From an uncultured Ramlibacter sp. (GTDB lineage: Bacteria > Pseudomonadota > Gammaproteobacteria > Burkholderiales > Burkholderiaceae_C), in the NCBI GenBank assembly GCA_964652405.1, contig CAZZAW010000001.1:205-64204 (forward strand): a DNA stretch of 64,000 bases. Reading direction: 5' to 3'. Of this stretch, positions 1 to 10,212 are shown piece by piece. The number at the start of each line of letters is the position of its first letter. Position 1 is the stretch's first letter. The notes beneath the pieces are model-generated. The model was not told where the DNA came from, made no database searches, and saw only the letters and a list, made by a program, of their open reading frames with translations. Made by a program: the position numbers and the translations under genes.

Positions 1-762
1 GGCCAGGTAGCGCGAGCCGTTGGCGCGTATGTTCTGCACGGCATCTGCAATCGGCACGCCGGCATTGATGTAGCCGGCCAACGACGTGAGTAGCTGTGCG
101 CCGACTATCTGGGCGATGAGGTTGAAGGGAAATAGGTACTTGTCGGCCCAATCGCGGCGCGGGCCTGTCCAATTCGGCGCCAGATAGGCGACAAGCACAC
201 CAGCTAGCACGATGAATGCCGTGGTTGCGCCGCAAATCAGGCCGATGTGATCTGCTACTCCCCCCAGCACCTGGGCGCCTTGCGGCCAATCTGACCGCGG
301 CTTGGCTTTCTCAAACGCCGGGAGGACCTTCGTGCTGAAGAACCCGAACAGGCCGAACAAGGCAATTACGTAGAAGATCGGCTTTCCCAATGCGGCCAGT
401 ACTGCCGACTTGAGGCGACCCTGCGTCGTCACGTAGTTGGCAGCGTTGTAGAACCCCTCGGCAATCCGGCCGCTCTGCACGCCTGCCTGAATGAAGGTGG
501 ACTCTCCGGAGGGCACCAAACCAACCAGCTCGGTGCCCACCGTCCGCTGCCCTGGCGCCCCTTGCCGGGGAGCGCCGCTCAGCCTGGCCAGCAGGACGCT
601 GATCAGCGGACCGAGCGGATGCTTTGTCTTCTGGAAATCCTTCTCCAGGCGTTTAAGTACGTCCACCTGCGGCAGACCGTCCTCTGCCGTTTTTCCCATG
701 GCGCGATACCAGTCCTCGCGAACCTTCGCGGAGATCGACAGGCGTTGCAGCGTGGTCAACAT
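1..762 (-). CDS. pilR: Type IVB pilus inner-membrane platform protein (PilR/T2SS-F family), runs off the window
   Basis: Hand translation from ATG at 762: MLTTLQRLSISAKVREDWYRAMGK...ELVGLVPSGESTFIQAGVQSGRIAEGF...KPIFYVIALFGLFGFFS, a GspF/PilR pattern; directly downstream of pilQ. Confidence 0.8.
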   Translation of the reverse strand, partial: MLTTLQRLSISAKVREDWYRAMGKTAEDGLPQVDVLKRLEKDFQKTKHPLGPLISVLLARLSGAPRQGAPGQRTVGTELVGLVPSGESTFIQAGVQSGRIAEGFYNAANYVTTQGRLKSAVLAALGKPIFYVIALFGLFGFFSTKVLPAFEKAKPRSDWPQGAQVLGGVADHIGLICGATTAFIVLAGVLVAYLAPNWTGPRRDWADKYLFPFNLIAQIVGAQLLTSLAGYINAGVPIADAVQNIRANGSRYLA

Positions 763-764
763 GG

Positions 765-2624
765 CTAGTCCCTCAGCCCGGAGCGCTCGCTGCCGTCCAT
801 GGGGCCGGCAGCGAACCGGTCAGTCGGAGCCGGTGCAGCTGCAGCCCCCGCGTACGGTGCAGCACTCGAGGGGTGGCGCACGTTTAGGAGGCCGATCTGC
901 GCTTCGATGTCGGCAGGATCGAGGAGCCCCTCGCGCATCTTCAGAATGGCATGGGCGACTGCGGTGACCCCCAGGTCCCCCATCGCGAGCTCTTGGTTGT
1001 TGTGCCAGTACTCCCTCGCCTTTGCTTCGTTCCCGGTGCGCAACAGCGACAAGAACGTGCCGTCAGGAACCAGCAGTTCTGCGCACGTGGTGCGCCCAGT
1101 GATCCCAGAGAAATTGCAGTGCTCACATCCTCCTCGCCGGCGAATGCGCACGTTGTCCTGCTCGAGATCGCTAACGCGAGCGACTCGCTCTGCCAGCGCC
1201 GGGCGGATAAGGCCCTCGATCACTGCCTCGCGGAAAGGGATAGAGCACTTGTCGCAGAGGGTCGGCACCAGGCGCTGGTAGATGACCCCGGAGATGAAGC
1301 CTTCCATGTAGAGTACCGACGGGGGCACCCCAAGCTCCTTCAAGCGCTCGAAGGCCGCAAACGCCTCATAGACGTGGAGAGTGCTGAGCAGCTTCCGCCC
1401 GGCCAGAACCAGGTCTTTTGTTGCCTCGGCAGACTCTGAATCCCGGATTTCTCCTACCAGCACGACGTCCGGGTCCAGGCGCAGGGTGGCTTTCAGGAAG
1501 GTCCGAAAAATGGACCCGTCGCGGGACTCAAGTGCCTTGCGCCCCTTGGGAACGCCCATCTGGCAGGCGCCGTCGATGAGGTACTCGACGGGATCTTCCA
1601 CGGTCACAGCCTTGATGTTGCGGCCGCGGACCTCGAAGATCTTCTGCATGAAGGCCTGCATAGAGGTCGACTTGCCTGAGTTCGTCGGACCCACCAAAAG
1701 GACCATGCCCTGTGCGCCAACGAGCATCTGCTCGACGACTGAAATGTGCGTGTCGGTGTAACCGATGTCCTCAATGCGCTTGCTGCTGCTCTCCATCAGC
1801 AACACACGGATGACAGCCTGGAAGTTCTTCGCGGTCGCAGGGTGGATCGGCGTGCTCTCGAAGCGGAGCTGCGCCTTCAGGCCCTCCGGTGTGGTGTGCT
1901 CAATCGAGCATTCCTTGACCGAATCGGGGTCCCAGGCCGTCTCCTTGGAGTTGGTATCGGCGTGGAAGCCGTACATCGTGTTGCACACCGCAGTGGCCGT
2001 CGCCATCGAGATTGTTGGTTGCTCGACGCGCTCGCCATAGATCCGGAACAGGACCTGCGCGTAGTCGCCACGGGTCTCAATGTGAATGTCGCTCGCGCCC
2101 TTCTTGATCGCACTGTTGACCAGGTCACGCCAGGCGTTTTCCGTCTCGCTTGCGTGACTAGCCGCATCGTCCTGGCGCTTGTTCCTGGCGTGGACGGAAC
2201 GGACAATCTCCCGCGTGGCGCGTCGGATCTGCGTGGTGCGATAGCCAGCCTTGCGCAGTCGCCCGTCAAGCTCAAATTGGGCATGTCGAGCATAGGCTTC
2301 CGAAGCGACGAGGAGCCGCATCTCCTGCATACCCTCGACATTTCTCCCGGTTCCAATCCCGACAAAGCAGTCCTCGAAGCTCAGCGGAATCCCAATGTCC
2401 TCGAACCTCACGTAGGGGCCTTCAGGAACGTCTTTCATATCGAGCACTTCGGGCTCGAGCACAGGCTGCTGTCGAGGCTCCTGGACTGCGGTGCCGCCGC
2501 TTCCACCGCCGACAAGCAGCTGTCCGGTCGGACGTGCCGCTGCAGGCCGGGTTGCGAGTCCTCCGAGGAGAGATTGGCTCCCGCTGCGGCGGGTGGCCTG
2601 GTGTTGCGTCTTGCTGAAGAACAT
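765..2624 (-). CDS. pilQ: Type IV pilus assembly ATPase (GspE/PilQ family)
   Basis: ASDIHIE, Walker A GPTNSGKS, TVEDPVEY, LRLDPDVVLVGEIRD, CxxC...CxxC zinc motif. Confidence 0.9.
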   Translation of the reverse strand: MFFSKTQHQATRRSGSQSLLGGLATRPAAARPTGQLLVGGGSGGTAVQEPRQQPVLEPEVLDMKDVPEGPYVRFEDIGIPLSFEDCFVGIGTGRNVEGMQEMRLLVASEAYARHAQFELDGRLRKAGYRTTQIRRATREIVRSVHARNKRQDDAASHASETENAWRDLVNSAIKKGASDIHIETRGDYAQVLFRIYGERVEQPTISMATATAVCNTMYGFHADTNSKETAWDPDSVKECSIEHTTPEGLKAQLRFESTPIHPATAKNFQAVIRVLLMESSSKRIEDIGYTDTHISVVEQMLVGAQGMVLLVGPTNSGKSTSMQAFMQKIFEVRGRNIKAVTVEDPVEYLIDGACQMGVPKGRKALESRDGSIFRTFLKATLRLDPDVVLVGEIRDSESAEATKDLVLAGRKLLSTLHVYEAFAAFERLKELGVPPSVLYMEGFISGVIYQRLVPTLCDKCSIPFREAVIEGLIRPALAERVARVSDLEQDNVRIRRRGGCEHCNFSGITGRTTCAELLVPDGTFLSLLRTGNEAKAREYWHNNQELAMGDLGVTAVAHAILKMREGLLDPADIEAQIGLLNVRHPSSAAPYAGAAAAPAPTDRFAAGPMDGSERSGLRD

Positions 2625-2631
2625 GAACGAC

Positions 2632-3939
2632 CTATTTCCTCAGTGGGTACTGGTATCGGGCTTCAATCTGGACGGCTGCACCTTGACCGAGGCCAGTGAA
2701 TCCGACGTTGACGATGCGGATCGGCAATCTGTTCATCACTTCAACCGCGCTGGCGGCGCTGACCAGAGCTGTGGGCCCAGTCATGGCCAGCCGAAGTGAG
2801 CCCTGATAGCCGACTGTCTCCGGCTGGAGCCCCAGATTCGCAGGCGGTGTGACCACAACAGGCTCGGGTGGGGAAACGGCAGCTCCGGGGGTACGCTTGA
2901 AAACCTCTGACAGGTGCAGGTGCAGGGCTTCAGGAGGAATCGCTGAGCTTTGAGTCGCTGCGGCACCCAGCCCCAGGGGAACCGTGGTCGACAGGCTGGT
3001 ACTTAGATCGCTCGCATCCTGGCCGCTGATCTGCGGCTTGTCGCTGGCGTAAGTAAATCGTCCCCGTCCTTCCCAGGTCACCTTGCAGACGTCGCTGGCG
3101 CAGGTCAGTGAGACTGGCACATAGCCGCCAGCGGTCGAGTGCGGCAGGGCTCGGCGTACACTCGTTGCCGCTTGCCAGAAGGGGAGCGGCTGGCCGGTCA
3201 AGGAAGCCTCCTCCATCTCTGCCAGCTTGGACTTGACGGTCTGGCGGAATTCGGCCACCAAGCGCGCTTTTTCGGCTTCGAGCTGCGCCGCAGTCATCGC
3301 TTGCTGGTTGGCCGACCGGGCCTTGATCGCCCTCGCCTGCTCGGCGATTCGGTACTTCTGGTACTCCTTCCACCCGAAGAAGCCCAATGCGGGAAGTGAT
3401 GCGATCACCACGATTTGCAGGATGGTCCCGGCGGAGACGCCTTGCCGGTGGATCTCGCAAGCCTTGAGGTCTCGCTTGGACACCGACTTGTTCTTGACGC
3501 CCTGCTCCAACTGAGCCACCAAGTCGTGCACGGAGCCTTGTGAGCCTGCCACATCGCCATACAGGACGGTCGACGGGAACATGCCCATGTACTCCATGGC
3601 CTTCTGATGGGCCACGTTGACTTCAAGGATCTGGTCAAACCCGTTCGGAACGGGCTTACCCTCCTGGATGACGCATAGCCAGGCGTGCTCGCCCGACTGG
3701 TCGACGGTCTGGCAGATGATCGCGTTCGGGGCAACCAGCCCCAGGCAGGCAGCGCCAGCCAAAGCCTTCGTGCGCTTCTCGGACCGGTAAACGCCTACCC
3801 ACTGCGCAGCTTCGCCCTGCAGGACGGCTACGGACGCCCCCTTGGCCTCCTTTAGCTGGGCACGCACCTCGGCCTTCGAGACCGGCATGGTCCATTCCAT
3901 GCCCAAGGCCAGCGTGTAGGGACCGATGGGGGCGAGCAT
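2632..3939 (-). CDS. pilO: Type IVB pilus accessory protein PilO2-like
   Basis: N-terminal LALGMEW motif, central TM helix, position between pilP and pilQ. Confidence 0.7.
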   Translation of the reverse strand: MLAPIGPYTLALGMEWTMPVSKAEVRAQLKEAKGASVAVLQGEAAQWVGVYRSEKRTKALAGAACLGLVAPNAIICQTVDQSGEHAWLCVIQEGKPVPNGFDQILEVNVAHQKAMEYMGMFPSTVLYGDVAGSQGSVHDLVAQLEQGVKNKSVSKRDLKACEIHRQGVSAGTILQIVVIASLPALGFFGWKEYQKYRIAEQARAIKARSANQQAMTAAQLEAEKARLVAEFRQTVKSKLAEMEEASLTGQPLPFWQAATSVRRALPHSTAGGYVPVSLTCASDVCKVTWEGRGRFTYASDKPQISGQDASDLSTSLSTTVPLGLGAAATQSSAIPPEALHLHLSEVFKRTPGAAVSPPEPVVVTPPANLGLQPETVGYQGSLRLAMTGPTALVSAASAVEVMNRLPIRIVNVGFTGLGQGAAVQIEARYQYPLRK

Positions 3940-3941
3940 GT

Positions 3942-4559
3942 TCAGGTCTTCGGAGAAGCCAGCGGCGGGCTTTTCGGCTCAGCGGGCTGAGCCGACTGCT
4001 TGACGGGTTGTCCGCTGTTCGCAGTGGCGTTAGAAGGGGCAGGCGCGGCCGCCGCCGGCGCTCCAGAGCCCGTAGGCCGGGGCGGCAGGATGCGTATCGG
4101 CGGAGGCGGGGGCAGCAACTCCGGAGGCAGGCCGGTGCCTGGCGCACCGGGCGGCATGCCAGGCAAGCCGGCGTTCTGAGCGCCCGCGGCGAACTCCAGC
4201 GGAACGGCGCGTGTGGTCTTGCCGGTGCCCACTTTGACGGTGACCAGCTTGGTGGTGATGGAGGCAATCGCCAAGCCAGGGCGGATGGTTTCGCCCTCGC
4301 CGTAGATACCCACCACGCCGTTCGACTGCTGCAGCCGGGCAGCCATCCTGCCCTCCACGCCCATGATGGCCAGGACGGACGGAAGACCGGCCGCCAATGG
4401 CCCCATCAGCTGCCGCTGGGCGTTCTGCAGTGCCAGCTCCTTTTGCATCAGCTCCGTCTGGGCTTCGAGGACGGCCTTTCGGTCGTCGAAGGTGAGCTCT
4501 TGCGCATGCGCGACGCAGCCGCAAAGGAGGACCGTGAGGATCGCTCGATTACGTGACAT
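3942..4559 (-). CDS. pilP: Type IV pilus biogenesis protein PilP-like
   Basis: Likely start ATG 4559 (MSRNRAILTVLLCGCVAHA signal peptide); coiled coil, then LPSVLAIMGVEGRMAARL; Pro-rich tail. Confidence 0.65.
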   Translation of the reverse strand: MSRNRAILTVLLCGCVAHAQELTFDDRKAVLEAQTELMQKELALQNAQRQLMGPLAAGLPSVLAIMGVEGRMAARLQQSNGVVGIYGEGETIRPGLAIASITTKLVTVKVGTGKTTRAVPLEFAAGAQNAGLPGMPPGAPGTGLPPELLPPPPPIRILPPRPTGSGAPAAAAPAPSNATANSGQPVKQSAQPAEPKSPPLASPKT

Positions 4560-6162
4560 TGCGGGTACCCCCGTTGACCTGAATGACGATGACGACCATC
4601 TGCCGCTCGGTGCGCCCCGCGCGGGACGCGCCCGACATGGAGATCGCGTTGTCCAGCGTGTCGCGTGATTGGTCGAAGCCGAACAGAACGATTGCCTCTC
4701 CGTCACGCATGTAAGCCGCCTGCTGCAGGCTTTGCGAGGAGATTTGAGGCGTCTGAATGGTGCTGTTGCCCGATGCGATCTGAGTCAGGGCGGTCAGCTG
4801 GGAGATCTGCATCTGGTAGTTCAGCAGGATCTGGTTGTTGCCCAGGATCAACGGGATGAAGTTCGCCGTGAACCCGACAACCTTGGTTCCGGGGGTGAGC
4901 GTTGTCGTGGAGCCGACGTTGGGCGTCTGCGTGGTGGCGCTCGATGCGAGGTAGTTGACCTCGTTGGCCACCTGGATCGGGCTAGGCTGCCCATTGATCG
5001 CGAGCACCTGCCCTTGCGTCTGCAGCGCCACGTTCCCGAACTGGGCAAGAGCCTGCGCGACCACCTCCGAGCCGTTCCAGCGGCTGGTCGGGTCGGTGGA
5101 GGACAACGTCAAGCGCCCGGGCGTGCCAGTCGCCGGAGACAACGGGCTGCCACCCACCACGCTCACACCGTACCTGTTCAGACGCGAGTACAGCAGATCC
5201 AGCGAGAAGCCCAGCGCATTCTGCTGGTCCAGGGTCACGCTGAAGACCTTCACGTCCACCAGCACGTTCTGCGCAAAGCGGGCATTGATGGAGTTCACGT
5301 AGGAGACGACCCTCTCCATCGCCTCCGGGCGCGCGGTGACCGTGATGATGCCCAGCTCAGGCGTAGCCGTCGCCCTGCCTGCAATCTCGCTGGTAGCGCC
5401 GCCGCCCGGCGCGCCGGGGGCCCCTGCCGCAGCGGGACCCGTTGCGCCCGAGCTTTCGGCCAGAATGGAACGAACCCCCTGCATGATCGAGGTCCACGGA
5501 TCGATGGTCAGGTTCTGGCCCACGGAGACGTTGCCCGCCCCGCCTGTGCTGCCGCCGCCGCTTCCGCCAGACACACCCGCCAGCGAGATCGAGGCGGAAA
5601 TCTGTTTCGCGCCCGCGGGCATGTAGATGGACAGGGTGCGCGTCTCGAAGCGGAAGAACTCGACTGCTGCTTTGCCTGGCACATACCGCCAGCTTGCGTT
5701 CGAACGGGCCGCCAGCTCGTCGAGTAGGCCCTTGCCCGTCCCGGAGAAGTCGATCGAGACCCGGCCGCTGATGGGTGCCCCTGGCTGCGGGGGTGCCGCC
5801 GGCGCGCCAGCCGGCGCCGCCGCAGTTGTCGACTCCATGCCGCGCACGGGGATTCCGAGCATCAGACCGACGGCCTCGAGGGCCTCCGACAGCGACTGGC
5901 CTTGCGAGTTGAAGGTGACTCTCTTGGAGAGGACCTCCGGGAGCGCAACGGGCGAGCGAACCACCACTTCATCGCCGGCGAGACGGGGACGCTGCGTCCG
6001 GTGAACGGTCGCGGAAGTCGCACGCGCTGCAACGGATTGCTTGAGGTCGACGGTGTGCTGGGTAACCACGTCGACCCGCTGCTTGGTCTCCTGCAGCCCG
6101 GCGCAGCCCGCCAGAAGGGACAAGGCCAGGGCGCTGCAAAGCGCTCGACGGGAATCAATCAT
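4549..6162 (-). CDS. pilN: Type IVB pilus secretin (PilN family lipoprotein)
   Basis: Lipobox LLAGC, Gly/Ser linker, secretin C-domain (NGQPSPIQV, GFTANFIP, MRDGEAIVLFGF). Confidence 0.85.
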   Translation of the reverse strand: MIDSRRALCSALALSLLAGCAGLQETKQRVDVVTQHTVDLKQSVAARATSATVHRTQRPRLAGDEVVVRSPVALPEVLSKRVTFNSQGQSLSEALEAVGLMLGIPVRGMESTTAAAPAGAPAAPPQPGAPISGRVSIDFSGTGKGLLDELAARSNASWRYVPGKAAVEFFRFETRTLSIYMPAGAKQISASISLAGVSGGSGGGSTGGAGNVSVGQNLTIDPWTSIMQGVRSILAESSGATGPAAAGAPGAPGGGATSEIAGRATATPELGIITVTARPEAMERVVSYVNSINARFAQNVLVDVKVFSVTLDQQNALGFSLDLLYSRLNRYGVSVVGGSPLSPATGTPGRLTLSSTDPTSRWNGSEVVAQALAQFGNVALQTQGQVLAINGQPSPIQVANEVNYLASSATTQTPNVGSTTTLTPGTKVVGFTANFIPLILGNNQILLNYQMQISQLTALTQIASGNSTIQTPQISSQSLQQAAYMRDGEAIVLFGFDQSRDTLDNAISMSGASRAGRTERQMVVIVIQVNGGTRNVT

Positions 6163-6610
6163 TTCGCACCTCCGTGGACACAACTTCCATCACCTTGTTC
6201 CCCTCGGAAATGCGCAGCCGAACCGGCTTGCCCTCGTCTCGAAGGATGTCGATCACCTCGGTCACCGCGGCCGCCACGTCGGTTTGTGGAAACTGAGTCG
6301 CCCGCAACGTCTTCCAGCTGACGGTGGGATGCCAGACAAACTCCCAGCCTTCGCGGGTTGCCCAGCCTTTGAGCTCCTGATGGATAGGAGAGCCCGTGCG
6401 CAGCACATACCCTGCTGGAATGGCCTCTGGCGCCGTAGGTGCAGGCTGTGCTTGCCTGAGAGGCGCCAGTGGGATCACCGGGTTCTCCGAGTAGGAGTCG
6501 GCCTGCACTCGCACGCTCTGCGCCGACGCCGGCAGGGCGATTAGTGCAGCGGCAAGGCTGCATGCAGCACCAGCTGCGAAAGCGGGGAGAAACTTCGATC
6601 TCATGCTCAT
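6155..6610 (-). CDS. Secreted TcpQ/N0-domain protein
   Basis: Start MSMRSKF at 6610, signal peptide, LKGWATREGWEFVW TcpQ-like motif. Confidence 0.65.
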   Translation of the reverse strand: MSMRSKFLPAFAAGAACSLAAALIALPASAQSVRVQADSYSENPVIPLAPLRQAQPAPTAPEAIPAGYVLRTGSPIHQELKGWATREGWEFVWHPTVSWKTLRATQFPQTDVAAAVTEVIDILRDEGKPVRLRISEGNKVMEVVSTEVRND

Positions 6611-8082
6611 TCGCCCTTGATGACGATCGTTTGGTTGCCGAGGTACGCCGTCGCCTGAATGGCATACCCGGCGCTGCGTGCTTGCGTGATGACGTAGTCC
6701 ACGGCCTGAACCAGGTCCTGCCGGCTGATGCTGGTGTCGCCTGTGATGGGTACGGCCGGTGCGCTCTGCCACACCAGCTTCCATCCAGCTTCCTTTGCCC
6801 ACCGCGCAAACATGCGTTCGATGTTCTGGTCGGCCTTGAGGACCGACCAAGAGGTCGGCATGCGGGCCGCGACAGCTTCCTGCCGGGCGCGCTGCAGAAG
6901 CGCCAAGGCCTCGGCCGGCGAGATCGCGCCGGCAGCCAGCCGCTGCGCTACGGACGCGACGTCCTTCTCGTGGTTCGCAGTCCGCACCGCCGGTGGAGCA
7001 CCGTCATGGACACGCACAGTGGCCCCGATCCACATGCCCTTGCCACCCTCACGCACCTCCGAGGTGGTCCGCACCGAGATGGCGCCTCGTGAGGCGCCTG
7101 CAGCGACAAGCGCCGCCACGACCGCCGCAGCGCGCTGGTCAGCCGTTTTCTCCCTGTGAGCCTCGTCGTCATGGCCGACGACCTCAAAGCGACTGGAAGC
7201 GCGCGCCGATCTGACGATCGCGCGAAGGCTCTGAGCCCCTTGCGGACTTAGCTTTGTCGAGTCGCGGCCAAACAGAATCTGGTGGTCCTGAACCCTGTCG
7301 TGGCTGGCGGTCCACTCGACCAGGTCGCCTCGCACGGGGGTCGCATAACTGTCCCGCTCCAACGTCGGCCTGAGCGGCGGCTCGTTGAACATGTCGCGGG
7401 GCAGGCCCTGAATCATCTGGGTCGCGGCGAGCAGACGGGCTGTATTGGCAGTGCCGCCCGGTACCTGAGCCGGGGAGGAAGGCAGTGTCGCGGGCTGGGG
7501 TGCCACTGGAGGTGCGGCCGCGGCCGGCGCGGACGGTGCGGCAGCTGGCGCAGGTGCCTCCGACTTTGGCAGGTACGCACCAATGCCAGTGTTCGGTTTG
7601 GGCGCTGTCGCGGTCGTTCCCATGACTGGCAGGGCCGCGTGCGCCGCTGATGGAGCCGAAGCCGGGGGACTGCTCGCCGCCACCGGCGGTGCTGCATGGG
7701 CTGGCGCGGCAATCGACGCTTGCGCGCCTCGATTTGTGTAGGTGACCTTGCCCACGCTGTACCCGATCCGCAACGTGAACCCCCGCGGCACCGCGGGCAC
7801 CTTGACGTAAGGGCCTTCCTGAGTAGGCATGAGCAAGGTGAGCCCGCCGGGGGTCTCCGCAAAGATCGCAGGAATGTCCTCGCCAGAGCGGAACTGGAAC
7901 CACGTGGAGCGCCCATCGTCGAAGACCTGCACCGGCCGCACCTTGGCGCTGCCAACCGACTCGTAGGAGAAGTCGTAGGAGCCAAGCCGGCTGGACGATG
8001 CCGGAGCGGTCCAGAACATGCCCAGGCCGACAGCCAGGGCGTACGCAAGCTTTGACTTCTTGAAGGTTCCCATGCTGATCAC
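6607..8082 (-). CDS. PilL-like multidomain protein: VirB9-C domain, Pro/Ala linker, OmpA-like domain, TcpQ domain
   Basis: RPVQVFDDGRSTWFQF (VirB9-C), ILFGRDSTKLS...ADQRAAAVVAALVAAG (OmpA-like), FARWAKEAGWKLVW (TcpQ). Confidence 0.65.
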   Translation of the reverse strand: MISMGTFKKSKLAYALAVGLGMFWTAPASSSRLGSYDFSYESVGSAKVRPVQVFDDGRSTWFQFRSGEDIPAIFAETPGGLTLLMPTQEGPYVKVPAVPRGFTLRIGYSVGKVTYTNRGAQASIAAPAHAAPPVAASSPPASAPSAAHAALPVMGTTATAPKPNTGIGAYLPKSEAPAPAAAPSAPAAAAPPVAPQPATLPSSPAQVPGGTANTARLLAATQMIQGLPRDMFNEPPLRPTLERDSYATPVRGDLVEWTASHDRVQDHQILFGRDSTKLSPQGAQSLRAIVRSARASSRFEVVGHDDEAHREKTADQRAAAVVAALVAAGASRGAISVRTTSEVREGGKGMWIGATVRVHDGAPPAVRTANHEKDVASVAQRLAAGAISPAEALALLQRARQEAVAARMPTSWSVLKADQNIERMFARWAKEAGWKLVWQSAPAVPITGDTSISRQDLVQAVDYVITQARSAGYAIQATAYLGNQTIVIKGE

Positions 8083-9398
8083 CTGCGGTAGGGCCCAGGG
8101 AACTCCATGTCCCGAGTGACTTCGACGTTGATGCGCGTGCCGGCTGCGACACGGATCGTTGGGGGGATCGTGCGGTGGCGGTCGAGGACGGTGCGCGAGA
8201 CGTCCACAAGCACCTGGCCGGCGGCCGAGACGGGCCCGCCGCTCCCTGTGCTTACAGAAGGGCCCTGCCTTCCCTGCTCTGCCCTGTCCGCCAGCAGCGC
8301 GACCAGAAGGCTGGTCGTGAACATCTTGAAGAAATGGTTGTCAACCTCCCCGGCGACGCCCGATGCGCCGCCCAGGTCGGCGCCGGGGTTGGCCGGCAAG
8401 TCGATGCTCAGCCCGTTGGGCAGGATCAGGCGCGAGAACGCGAACAAGATCCGCTCCTGGCCGTTGCGCACGCCATTGGAGTAGGCGCCCTGCAGGCACG
8501 AGCCTTTGGGGATCAGCAGGTACCGGGACGAGAGCGAGTCATAGACGTCGACCGTGGTGCAGGCGCCGACTTCACCGGGCAGATCGGAGTTAAGGTCGCG
8601 CGTGAGAACTGCTGGCAGCACCTTGCCCTGCAGCAAGGTGTACGGATGGGTGACTTGATAGGGCCGCAGCGGCGGGTTCTTCGGCTTGTCTGCGAATTCC
8701 TTCAGCCACGAGCGGTCAGCCGCAATCCCGGTGGAGGCCTGCTCGCCTCTACGCGCAGCCTCGATCGCGGCCATCGTGCGGTCCCGCGCGGTGCCGCCTT
8801 CCTCCACACGGCTCTCGCCCGCAGGGCGCGGCATGCCGCCGGTATCGGCCCGATCCGCTGACGCTTGCCGTACGGTCGAGCCTCCGGTATCGCTCTGATC
8901 GAACTTGACGCTGACACTTTGCCGCGCCTGCGCATCGGCCTCGATGGTGGCGGCGCCCCCAGCTGCTGGTGCACCGGCGATGCCGTCGACCTGTTTCGAG
9001 TAGAGCGCGCCGCTGTTGTCCTCGCGCCGGGCCTGGGCGGGGAACGGCAACGCTCCAGATGCACCCGGAAGCGGCGGCATCGCGGTCACGGACGCCGGGG
9101 GCGGAGGCGGCACCGTTACGCTCGCGGGCGCGGCGGGCTTGGTCTGCGCATCCAGTTCGGCCTTTTGCCTGGCACGCTTGAACTCGCCGTCGATCTGATC
9201 AGCATCCCCACGGGGCGCCGCACTGGGAGCCGCCTTGGGAGCCTCGCCGCTGTCGGACTTCATCAGCGGTGGGATCGCCAGGCCAACGATGGCCAGCGCG
9301 ACGATGGCGGCCAAGCCCCAGGCCACCGTACTCTTCTTGATCGGTGCCTTTGCCTGAATGGCCGCCGGGGCGATGATGGACTGCTCCGCGAGCGGCAC
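8079..9398 (-). CDS. trbI: T4SS core protein TrbI/VirB10
   Basis: N-terminal TM; LLQGKVLPAVL..LNSDLPG, GASGVAGEVDNHF, PPTIRVAAGTRINVEVTRD. Confidence 0.92.
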   Translation of the reverse strand: MPLAEQSIIAPAAIQAKAPIKKSTVAWGLAAIVALAIVGLAIPPLMKSDSGEAPKAAPSAAPRGDADQIDGEFKRARQKAELDAQTKPAAPASVTVPPPPPASVTAMPPLPGASGALPFPAQARREDNSGALYSKQVDGIAGAPAAGGAATIEADAQARQSVSVKFDQSDTGGSTVRQASADRADTGGMPRPAGESRVEEGGTARDRTMAAIEAARRGEQASTGIAADRSWLKEFADKPKNPPLRPYQVTHPYTLLQGKVLPAVLTRDLNSDLPGEVGACTTVDVYDSLSSRYLLIPKGSCLQGAYSNGVRNGQERILFAFSRLILPNGLSIDLPANPGADLGGASGVAGEVDNHFFKMFTTSLLVALLADRAEQGRQGPSVSTGSGGPVSAAGQVLVDVSRTVLDRHRTIPPTIRVAAGTRINVEVTRDMEFPGPYRR

Positions 9399-9399
9399 T

Positions 9400-10212
9400 T
9401 CAGTTCCCCTCGCCCTGGAGCCAGCTGAATGGCGAACGCGACGCGGTGCCCCGGGTAAACCGCACCTCCTGCTTACCCAGCTTCAGGATGCCGGAATCCA
9501 TCAGGCGCTGCGCCACCAAGTAGTCGCCCTTCACCACGTAGTTGACGATGGCAAGCTCGGACCCGTTGGAGATACCGAACAGGGCGGGCAACTCGGCCAG
9601 ATGCGCCGGCATCCGGATCCAGGTGAACTTGCCGTCGTCGAAAACGCTCACCGGCCGGAAAGGTGCGTCGCCGCTCACCTGATAGTTGAAGCGCAGCTGC
9701 TCGGGATTGACGCCCACGGCGAGCGTTTGCGCTTCCTTCAGCTCACTCGCAGCCCGTTCAGCCTTGGCGGCGGAATGCGCCTTCTCTTCTTCGTCACGCA
9801 ACTCAAGCAGGAGCGTCTGGCTGTAGCGCCAAGTCACGCGCTGGTACCACTTGGCGGCCTGGGAGGTGCTTCGCAGGACGAACTGGTAAGTGCGCTTGTC
9901 GGTGATCACGGTCATCGACGTCTCGATGGACTCGTAGATCGGCTTCACGAACAGATGGCGCCGGTCCTGGGTGGGCGTCAGCTCCCAGTGTTTGGTGTCG
10001 CCGCCCGCGACAGTCTTGATCCGCTCGTCGGCGCCGAATTCGATGTTGGTCAGGTACTTGGGGCGGGCCAGGATCAGGAACGTGTTGTCGGGGTCATACT
10101 CAAACTGCACCAGCCGGGTGTCACCGGGAAGCGGCGTGGCCACGAGCTCGGCCCGTGCGGACCCGAGGCAGATGGCAAGGAGAAGGCCGGCGGCCTGTAC
10201 GAGCCGAATCAC
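9400..10212 (-). CDS. trbG: T4SS core protein TrbG/VirB9
   Basis: Signal peptide, TNIEFGADE, LFVKP, ITDKRTY, RPVSVFDDGKFTWI. Confidence 0.9.
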   Translation of the reverse strand: MIRLVQAAGLLLAICLGSARAELVATPLPGDTRLVQFEYDPDNTFLILARPKYLTNIEFGADERIKTVAGGDTKHWELTPTQDRRHLFVKPIYESIETSMTVITDKRTYQFVLRSTSQAAKWYQRVTWRYSQTLLLELRDEEEKAHSAAKAERAASELKEAQTLAVGVNPEQLRFNYQVSGDAPFRPVSVFDDGKFTWIRMPAHLAELPALFGISNGSELAIVNYVVKGDYLVAQRLMDSGILKLGKQEVRFTRGTASRSPFSWLQGEGN

